Below, in pieces: positions 32,474 to 37,934 of a DNA stretch of 37,934 bases. Origin of the DNA: Thermoanaerobaculia bacterium (GTDB lineage: Bacteria > Acidobacteriota > Thermoanaerobaculia > UBA5066 > Gp7-AA6); assembly GCA_038319475.1 (NCBI GenBank), contig JBBQDF010000001.1, forward strand, positions 1-37,934. The letters run 5' to 3'. The notes below the pieces were generated by a model that was not told where the DNA came from, did no database searches, and was given only the letters and a program-made list of their open reading frames with translations. A program made the position numbers and the translations under genes. Every line of letters starts with the position of its first letter. Position 1 is the first letter of the stretch.

Positions 32474-32727
32474 TCGAACGTCGTCTTGTCGTCCGCGTTG
32501 ACCCCGCCAGGACGCCGCGGGTTTTGATCGTTGCCGTCCATGTCCACCGCAGTCCCCGGCCCGCCCTTCTTCGGCTTCGCGAGCGGGATCTTCGCGTGCT
32601 TGCGGGCCGACGCGGAAGACGTGGGTCGGGCCGTCTTCATCATCGCGACCGCTTTCGCCTCGGAGATGCCCTCCGGCCGCTGCGACATCTGCTTGACGTG
32701 CGCCTTGAAGCGAGCGCCTTTGTTCAC
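32470..32727 (-). CDS. small basic protein (85 aa)
   Basis: GTG 32727 is preceded by AAAGGAGGCG. Confidence 0.5.
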   Translation of the reverse strand: MNKGARFKAHVKQMSQRPEGISEAKAVAMMKTARPTSSASARKHAKIPLAKPKKGGPGTAVDMDGNDQNPRRPGGVNADDKTTFE

Positions 32728-32782
32728 CGGACGCCTCCTTTCGAGAGATCGGAGGCGCGTGGGCCGACGGCGTTATGCCACG

Positions 32783-33187
32783 TCAGCCAACCTCCGGAAC
32801 GATGTGCGGCGCGGCTTTCGGGCCGCGGAATTCGATCACCTTACCGATCTCCTCGCGCTCTTCCCGACGCAGGCCCTCCAGATACGGGCCCATCTGCTCC
32901 GGCGTCAGCTTCGCGAGCTCGTCGAGCTGCCCCGGCGTCGCATTGGGTCGGTACTTCAAGAACTGCTCGGCCTTGTACGCGAGATCCTTCGAACGCAGCC
33001 GCTCGCGCAGGCCCGTCGCCGTGTCCAGGAAGAGCGCCACCTGCCGCGGAGGGGCCGGACCGACGAGATAGGCGAAAACCGCCCCGATCAACGTGCCGAA
33101 CGCGACCTCGGGAACCTCGCTCCCGGAACAGATCACCTCGACGACATCGGATTCGGCGTCCGACGGGGGCGCAGGCGCGTCTACCAC
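32783..33187 (-). CDS. hypothetical protein (~134 aa) with one hydrophobic segment
   Basis: Only the C-terminal part of the 380-aa track ORF looks coding. GTG 33187 (or 33193) follows AAGGAGA and overlaps the upstream stop. Confidence 0.45.
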   Translation of the reverse strand: MVDAPAPPSDAESDVVEVICSGSEVPEVAFGTLIGAVFAYLVGPAPPRQVALFLDTATGLRERLRSKDLAYKAEQFLKYRPNATPGQLDELAKLTPEQMGPYLEGLRREEREEIGKVIEFRGPKAAPHIVPEVG

Positions 33188-33663
33188 GTCCACTCTCCTT
33201 GCAAAAGTGTCGCGTGGATGATAGCAGCAACCCGCTTCGAGAAAAAGTCTGCCGCTTTCTCGTCCCCCTTCGCGATCTCTGCCTTTACCCGGCCCGCGTA
33301 CGCTGCGATATTCTTCTCCAGCACCGCACGGCTCATCTTCGACACGTGATGCACGTCGCCCCACGGATCGAGCACCGCGTACTCGGCCACGTTCTCGGCA
33401 TCGTCCATTTCGGCCGACTCGAGCCGCCGCGAAGTCCACCGCATCCCGCCGCCCTTGGGCCCGTTGATCTCGATGAGCCCGGCGTAGACCGCATTCAACA
33501 CGGGCTCGGGCAGGTCGCGGACCTCGTGATCGGTCGCCTTCGGACGCACGCAGCCGCGGAACCACGGCTGCCCCTCGGCCGGCAGTTTCGGCGCGACGAG
33601 ATCGTCGAGCGCCTCCTGGCCGCCCTTCGTGATGTCGGCCAGCTTGCCGCGGCGGCGCGTCAA
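33181..33663 (-). CDS. hypothetical protein (160 aa)
   Basis: ORF-track ORF. TTG start forms a TTGA overlap with the upstream stop. Confidence 0.5.
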   Translation of the reverse strand: MTRRRGKLADITKGGQEALDDLVAPKLPAEGQPWFRGCVRPKATDHEVRDLPEPVLNAVYAGLIEINGPKGGGMRWTSRRLESAEMDDAENVAEYAVLDPWGDVHHVSKMSRAVLEKNIAAYAGRVKAEIAKGDEKAADFFSKRVAAIIHATLLQGEWTW

Positions 33664-34016
33664 AAGAGATCACGCGCCGGGCCGAACATGAACGACAAAG
33701 CAATTGCCAGAAACGCGCCCATGCAGAGAGAGAGCAGGACGAGCCACAGCCAGCCGCTTCCGAGGAACGCGAGCAGGATCCGCATCGCGCGAGGCTGTGG
33801 GTAGTCTGTCGGCTCCCACGGCTTGCGGTCGGAGTACGGCGAGAACTCGAAATCGAGCGTGTAGAACGTATCCTCGCGCCCGTAGAGCGTCGGCAGCAGC
33901 TTCGCGACCTCCGCGATTCGATCACCGAGCAGCATGCTGCGCTCCGCCTGGGTGAGCGCCGGGACGGCCCACAGGTGCCGGTCGAGCCACGCGGAGAGAC
34001 GCCAGGGGAGCCTCAC
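33660..34016 (-). CDS. membrane protein (C-terminal TM pair)
   Basis: ORF-track ORF. Hydrophobic segment: MRILLAFLGSGWLWLVLLSLCMGAFLAIALSFMF. Confidence 0.45.
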   Translation of the reverse strand: MRLPWRLSAWLDRHLWAVPALTQAERSMLLGDRIAEVAKLLPTLYGREDTFYTLDFEFSPYSDRKPWEPTDYPQPRAMRILLAFLGSGWLWLVLLSLCMGAFLAIALSFMFGPARDLF

Positions 34017-34021
34017 GGGAC

Positions 34022-35533
34022 TCAGAACCGCCTCGGCTTGGGCCGGAACGGCGCGTTGCTCGACTGGATATTCCCCTGCATCCTCACCCGCATTGCCAAC
34101 ACATTCGGATTCGCCGGCAACACGAACGACACTGTACCAGTCCCCTCGTCGATCACCTTGTCGCTCACCGCCTCCTTCATCCGCTCCTCCGCCGGCTTGT
34201 GCGCCTCCAACAGCGCCGTCATCAGCCCGTACCGCGCCATGTCCAGCGGGTCGTCCCCGTCAAACTTCAACAAATCTTCCGGATGATCCGGGTCGTGCAC
34301 CGCGGCCGGAATGATCTCCAGCAGATCCTTGCAGCCCGAACCGATCACGAACCGCCCGTTTAATATCAGGTCGTACATCGCCCGCCACCCGTTCACCCGA
34401 TCCGTCACCGCCGGGGTCGGAGCCGGGAACCCGTACGGCCGCAGCTCCTTGGTCAGCCGCTGCGCGATCGTGTTGCCGTCGCCTTCCGTCGCGAACGCGT
34501 CCGGGGAAAGGTAGAACCGCCGGAACGACGAGCCTTTCTGCCCCGCGATCGCCGCCTGCGTCCGCACCATCCGGGCCAGGGCGGCCACGTCGTGATGCCG
34601 CACCGAGACGCTGTGAGTCAGGAAGTAGTGCGTCGCATCCGACGCGAAGAACCCGAAAGACGCCGGGTGTTCGAAACCCCAGTCCATCGCAATCCAGCGC
34701 CGATGCCACGGCTGGAGTCCCATCGCGTCCGGGTCCGACACGCCCGTCTCCGGGTCGAAGCAGTCGAAGTACTGCCCCTCCATCGCGTCCCAGTCACCCA
34801 TGCGCCACGCTCGGAATAGCTTGGGCCCGCCTACCGCCGCGAGCCGGGATTCGTAGCCGGGATCGTTGAGGTGCAAGAGCGCGTTGTCGTCGAGGCTCGC
34901 CGGGATGAAGCACTGCGTGTGGAACAGGTCCGGCCGCTCCTCGATCGGCACGACGCGGATGATTCGCCACGGGCCGGGATCGACGTACCGCTTCTTGACC
35001 CAGACGTGGCCGGGCCCGCCGGGGTTGCCCGAGGAGATCCGCCGGCAGGGGACGCCGTAACGCGATCGGACCGATCCCCACATGAAGTCAAACGGCTTAG
35101 GATCCTCGAAGTTGCCGAGCTCGTCGAAGTAGACGCGGGTGTACGCGCGGCCCTGGTGTTTGCGAGCGTCTTCGATCGTTTCGAGCGAACGGAATCGCAG
35201 AGTCGCTCCACGAGCCAGAGTCCACCGTCGCTTCTGCACCTCGAAGGTGCCGCCCAGTAGCGGGTAGATCTCGGCCGCACGGGATTCCACTTCTTCCAAC
35301 TCGTCGAGGTTGCGCCGGAAGAGCACTCCGCGGGCGTGCCGGCCGTACTCTGTCCCGTGGATCGCGAACTCTCCGAGCTCGAGGTCGGTCTTGCCGCCGC
35401 CGCGAGCGCCGCCGTAGAAGAGATCCTGAGCAGGACACTCCACCGCGGCCGACTGGGGCCCAGGCTGCGGACACCATGCGACGACACGGGTCGCGTCGGC
35501 ATCAGTTGGCCTCGTGCTCGTCGTCGTCCCCAT
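34022..35533 (-). CDS. terL: terminase large subunit
   Basis: Walker A YGGARGGGKT, Walker B RVYFDELG, and a C-terminal nuclease-like region. ATG 35533 is preceded by GGTGAGGA (the track start GTG 35545 lies 4 codons upstream). Confidence 0.85.
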   Translation of the reverse strand: MGTTTSTRPTDADATRVVAWCPQPGPQSAAVECPAQDLFYGGARGGGKTDLELGEFAIHGTEYGRHARGVLFRRNLDELEEVESRAAEIYPLLGGTFEVQKRRWTLARGATLRFRSLETIEDARKHQGRAYTRVYFDELGNFEDPKPFDFMWGSVRSRYGVPCRRISSGNPGGPGHVWVKKRYVDPGPWRIIRVVPIEERPDLFHTQCFIPASLDDNALLHLNDPGYESRLAAVGGPKLFRAWRMGDWDAMEGQYFDCFDPETGVSDPDAMGLQPWHRRWIAMDWGFEHPASFGFFASDATHYFLTHSVSVRHHDVAALARMVRTQAAIAGQKGSSFRRFYLSPDAFATEGDGNTIAQRLTKELRPYGFPAPTPAVTDRVNGWRAMYDLILNGRFVIGSGCKDLLEIIPAAVHDPDHPEDLLKFDGDDPLDMARYGLMTALLEAHKPAEERMKEAVSDKVIDEGTGTVSFVLPANPNVLAMRVRMQGNIQSSNAPFRPKPRRF

Positions 35534-35876
35534 CGAGGTCCTCACCGCCCGTGTAGCGCCGATTCCACTCGTCCGGCGTCAGCTGGCCCGGAGACACCAC
35601 GACCGCGTTGCGATGGTCGTCGATCTGGAGCGCCTGTGGAGCCTGCCCGAACCGGCGGTTGTTGTACTCCTTGGCCGCCGTCACGTCGCCGGCACAGCCG
35701 AGCTCGTAGAGCTTGAGCAGGATCTTCGTGTCGTCGATCAAACCCCTCGCGTCGAGCTCGTCGAATATCTGCCGCAACTTACGGGCCCGAAGGCCGGGAG
35801 AGCCAGGAGGCCGGCCGAGCCGGTCCGAACGGTCCTGTTTGGGCTTGGGCGCGTCTCCGGCCGGATCGTCGCTCAC
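35502..35876 (-). CDS. terminase small subunit-like protein
   Basis: Lies immediately upstream of and overlapping terL. The helical KLRQIFDELDARGLIDDTKILLKLYELG segment is present. Start placed at GTG 35876, just after the tRNA-like element. The 209-aa track version (TTG 36131) would read through that element and is Arg/Ser/Pro-rich. Confidence 0.5.
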   Translation of the reverse strand: MSDDPAGDAPKPKQDRSDRLGRPPGSPGLRARKLRQIFDELDARGLIDDTKILLKLYELGCAGDVTAAKEYNNRRFGQAPQALQIDDHRNAVVVSPGQLTPDEWNRRYTGGEDLDGDDDEHEAN

Positions 35877-35895
35877 CGGGCCGCCTGGGGTGGAA

Positions 35896-35967
35896 TGGTG
35901 GCGGGGGCGGGATTTGAACCCGCTCCTCCGGGCAGATGAAGCCTGGATCGCTCCGAAGCGCCCCGCG
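35896..35967 (-). tRNA. initiator-tRNA-like element (anticodon CAU), non-canonical D arm
   Basis: Minus-strand RNA: CGCGGGG-CGCUUCGGAGCG-AU-CCAGGC-UUCAUCU-GCCCGG-AGGA-GCGGG-UUCAAAU-CCCGC-CCCCGCC-A-CCA. It has a perfect T arm, a 6-bp acceptor stem with an unpaired 1:72, and an encoded CCA. The D arm is replaced by a 4-bp/tetraloop hairpin, the anticodon stem has an A-C mismatch, and position 37 is C. Confidence 0.45.
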
Positions 35968-36238
35968 TCTGACGATCGCCGTCGGGCCCGCGAGGTGTCC
36001 AAGCTCCCGCCCGGCCACGAGAGCGTCCGCAGCCCATCGCAGCCGGGTGAGTGGTCAGCCCGCGAAAGGGGCCGACGGAGGGGTGTCTCATCCGGTCCGA
36101 CCAGTCTGAGGCGAGGAGTTTCCGCCGTCAAGACCTTTTAGGGGCGAACGAATTGCGCGCTAGGCTACAACGGGATCGACGGTTGCGGCCAGTGCTCCGA
36201 TGAGGCTCGGGCTTCGTGTGGAAACGAAGTACCCAAAA

Positions 36239-36278
36239 GCGGATCAGAATCGAACCGACGGCCGCCGCTCACATCCGC
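36239..36278 (-). other. T-arm-like hairpin followed by a T4 run (degenerate tRNA fragment or weak terminator after the MTase gene)
   Basis: Minus strand: GCGGAU-...GUCGG-UUCGAUU-CUGAU/AUCCGC-UUUU. It has a GGUUCGAUU T-loop consensus and a 6-bp outer stem. Confidence 0.25.
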
Positions 36279-36330
36279 CTCGATAGGAGCTAGGCACGGT
36301 TCGCCCGCCGCGGCTCCGACCTGATCCGTC

Positions 36331-37578
36331 CTACCGCACCGCGGTTACGTCGAACTCGAACAGGTGCTTGTTGGAGTTCCGTTTGCGAAGTGTCTCGATT
36401 CGAACGTTACGGAACCCTAACTTCTCAAGCATCTCAGCGTAAATGTTCTCGACGGGGACGACCACGCCGTAGAATGTGACGTTCCCGACGATGTAGTGAA
36501 CCACGCCTCCTGGCCTGATGACTCCCTTCACAGATTGAATGTGCGTCCAGATATCCTCGAAGTATTTGGCCACGTAAGTCGCCAAGAGGTCTCGGTTCTC
36601 GCCGTTCGTCTCTCGGATCGCTGCAAGGGAAGAACCGAGGATTCGGGGAACGAAGCTCTTGCCACTTGGTCGCCAGCCGATCAGTCGGCTTGTTGCGACG
36701 CCCCAAGTACCGCCGATGGCCGTCCAGTCGAGTTCAGCGGCTGCGCGGGCCTCATTGAGGAAGCCCAGCCAGTACATGTAGGGCCGAAGCTCTCGGATGT
36801 AGGACATCCGGTTTGGGTAAGGAGGTGAGGTAATGAGCAGGTCATATTTTCGAGAGACTAGGCCCTCAAGCTCACGAGAGTCTCCTTCGATGACCTCAGC
36901 GGCTCCGACTGGATTCGTTGCAGCACCAGCGAGGACGGTGGCAACGTCTTTTGAGAACTGATTTGGGATGTCGTGGTCGACGCCGAACATTGGTTGCTGT
37001 GCTGACCTTCCATCTTTGAACGACATCGACTGATGATTGAACGCGGCGTTCGAACTTGTGATGATGGTTCGGCAGAACGCAATCCGCAGCAGATCGCCTA
37101 CGGGCGTTCTGAGTCGAGTTGTTGCTTCGAGCGACGTCCTCAGTCGGCAAAGCTGAGTCAGAGTGTCCGAGGGCCACCAACGCTGGATGTTGGCCAAGGG
37201 TGGTGGGGCGCCCGGCTCTTCTTTCTCGTCACTGCAGCGCTGAACGATCTCCCGAGCGAGCGCCGCAGCGCCAGAGAGGACCTCATCGCAATACTGAGCT
37301 AGCTTTGCACGACCGAACCAGACGAGGAACGGATTGATCTCGATAGATGTCGCGGCACGGCCGAGATTGGCGGCGCACAAAGTTGTCGTCCCAGTTCCTG
37401 AGAAAGGATCCAAGACGACAAGCCCCGAAGCGCCGGAGTTCAGGATCTCCTGAACGATTTTTACTGAATACGCCGGGGTAAGCCGCAGCCAGCCGTGTCG
37501 CCCCGCGGATCGGTTGTACTTGAAGGTCAACTCTGCCCGCTGCCCGACCCGTTCCCGTTCGTCCTGAGTGAGGCTCAC
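36331..37578 (-). CDS. DNA methyltransferase (N4-cytosine or N6-adenine; SPPY motif IV, FxGxG motif I N-terminal)
   Basis: VLDPFSGTGTT (AdoMet motif I), then ~190 aa, then LLITSPPYPN (catalytic motif IV). No cognate nuclease gene is nearby. The gene is visibly less GC-rich than the rest of the window. The GTG start overlaps the TAG of a leader mini-ORF. Confidence 0.8.
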   Translation of the reverse strand: MSLTQDERERVGQRAELTFKYNRSAGRHGWLRLTPAYSVKIVQEILNSGASGLVVLDPFSGTGTTTLCAANLGRAATSIEINPFLVWFGRAKLAQYCDEVLSGAAALAREIVQRCSDEKEEPGAPPPLANIQRWWPSDTLTQLCRLRTSLEATTRLRTPVGDLLRIAFCRTIITSSNAAFNHQSMSFKDGRSAQQPMFGVDHDIPNQFSKDVATVLAGAATNPVGAAEVIEGDSRELEGLVSRKYDLLITSPPYPNRMSYIRELRPYMYWLGFLNEARAAAELDWTAIGGTWGVATSRLIGWRPSGKSFVPRILGSSLAAIRETNGENRDLLATYVAKYFEDIWTHIQSVKGVIRPGGVVHYIVGNVTFYGVVVPVENIYAEMLEKLGFRNVRIETLRKRNSNKHLFEFDVTAVR

Positions 37579-37628
37579 TACGTTACTCCGGTCTCAGTAG
37601 CACTTGGAGGACACTTCGCCATTTCCAT
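37578..37628 (-). other. 16-codon leader mini-ORF (MEMAKCPPSATETGVT) coupled to the MTase start
   Basis: ATG 37628 lies 5 nt after the TATTAAT box of the right inverted-repeat copy. Its TAG overlaps the MTase GTG (TAGTG). The first five codons are part of the 35-bp repeat. Confidence 0.3.
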
Positions 37629-37648
37629 GAGCATTAATACCCCCGCCA
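37614..37648 (-). repeat. right copy of the perfect 35-bp inverted repeat (partner at 864-898)
   Basis: The reverse complement of 37614-37648 equals 864-898 exactly. Confidence 0.95.
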
Positions 37649-37651
37649 AGC

Positions 37652-37714
37652 TGGAGCCGACGGCCGGACTTGAACCGGCGACCTGCGGTTTTCCCGCGGG
37701 CAAGACCACTAGCC
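37652..37714 (-). other. partial tRNA-like element (T arm + 3' acceptor strand + U73 + CCA; no matching 5' acceptor strand)
   Basis: Minus strand: ...GGCUAGUGGUCUUGCC-CGCGG-GAAAA-CCGCAG-GUC-GCCGG-UUCAAGU-CCGGC-CGUCGGC-U-CCA. The T arm and 3' end are canonical (Gly-like GCUCCA end). A GAAAA-capped hairpin replaces the anticodon arm. GCCGACG is absent upstream. Confidence 0.4.
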
Positions 37715-37758
37715 TTTTCAGGCATTTAACGAAATAGTCACGCAAGCACAAATATCCC

Positions 37759-37788
37759 TTGACGAGATGCCTGCTAGCACGCTATCGT
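37759..37788 (+). promoter_or_regulatory. weak sigma70-like promoter facing the right window edge
   Basis: CCCTTGACG (-35 at 37759-37764), 18-nt spacer, TATCGT (37783-37788). It has the same CCCTTGAC context as the promoter at 850. Confidence 0.2.
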
Positions 37789-37934
37789 GCGGTCAGGCCG
37801 AATCCGATTTGGGCTGGACGTACCCCTGTTTGCGCGACGCGGTCCGCGCGCACGGTCTCTCCAGCTGAAAAGTCGGATAGGAACGTACCAGTGTGGCGGG
37901 GGGAGGCCCCCGAAAAAAAAAGTTTTTAATTTTG

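Noticed and set aside
29762-32527. Very long plus-strand ORFs (this 921-aa one, plus 9607..11463, 4230..5618, 6037..7512, 23493..24764, 8059..9321 and others).
   Set aside because: They are Arg-rich, low-complexity translations lying antisense to well-supported minus-strand genes. These are typical stop-poor shadow frames of high-GC DNA, with no SD/start context.
35877-36131. Long version of the small terminase (TTG 36131, 209 aa) reading through the tRNA-like element.
   Set aside because: The extra 85 residues are Arg/Ser/Pro-rich and coincide with a near-complete tRNA-like fold. The call is uncertain, because G/C at third codon positions there is not clearly non-coding.
35896-36330. tmRNA (one- or two-piece) or an intron-containing tRNA-fMet spanning the whole spacer.
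   Set aside because: The 3' end lacks the G3:U70 alanine identity pair (it ends CCGCCACCA). I could not find an ...ALAA-type tag reading frame. No upstream segment provides a better 5' acceptor strand or D arm than the local 72-nt fold. A GGGAUCGACGG string on the plus strand resembles the tmRNA 5' motif but has the wrong spacing and strand.
864-37648. Mu-like or DDE-transposon interpretation of the 35-bp terminal inverted repeats (TG...CA ends).
   Set aside because: There is no flanking target-site duplication, no transposase, ATPase or invertase gene in the window, and clearly phage-like genes (RHH, Cys-rich protein) lie outside the repeats. It is kept only as a minor alternative in the finding.
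37893-37934. GGGGGGAGGCCCCC hairpin followed by A9-G-T5 at the right edge (terminator, or a physical or contig end).
   Set aside because: On the plus strand the hairpin is followed by an A-run, not a T-run. On the minus strand the T-run precedes the hairpin. It may be a contig-end or low-complexity artefact, and the window alone cannot decide. Joining the window end to its start keeps the truncated 1..140 frame open, but through implausible sequence, so circularity is unproven.

Overview
This window is a GC-rich (roughly two-thirds G+C by eye) tailed-phage or prophage segment. Almost every gene lies on the minus strand in one tightly packed, translationally coupled array, with many ATGA, GTGA, TTGA and TAGATG junctions. 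Read right to left, the array runs as follows: a lower-GC orphan DNA methyltransferase; an initiator-tRNA-like element in a ~430-nt non-coding spacer; small and large terminase; portal; a cassette of signal-peptide proteins (fibre-like, beta-helix); scaffold; HK97-type major capsid protein; a free-standing HNH on the plus strand; adaptor, tail and fibre genes; a GNAT/Cys-rich/cupin accessory cluster; low-complexity internal-virion-like proteins, including an 1838-aa HExxH protein; an M15 endolysin with holin- and spanin-like genes; an exported HExxH protease; a DEDD exonuclease; an AT-rich switch-like region; and an RHH regulator. I found no integrase, rRNA, CRISPR array or reverse transcriptase. 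Three signals stand out. (1) A perfect 35-bp inverted repeat carrying a promoter-like -10 box and a leaderless ATG sits at 864-898 and 37614-37648 and brackets the whole array. (2) At least six genes, the portal among them, have coding sequence or conserved N-termini extending upstream of any ATG/GTG/TTG to a CTG placed at or next to an upstream stop; two of these share the identical motif AGGGGGATAGCTG. (3) There are tRNA-like modules, one with the acceptor stem of a bacterial initiator tRNA. All functional calls rest on motifs I could read by eye. No database search was possible.
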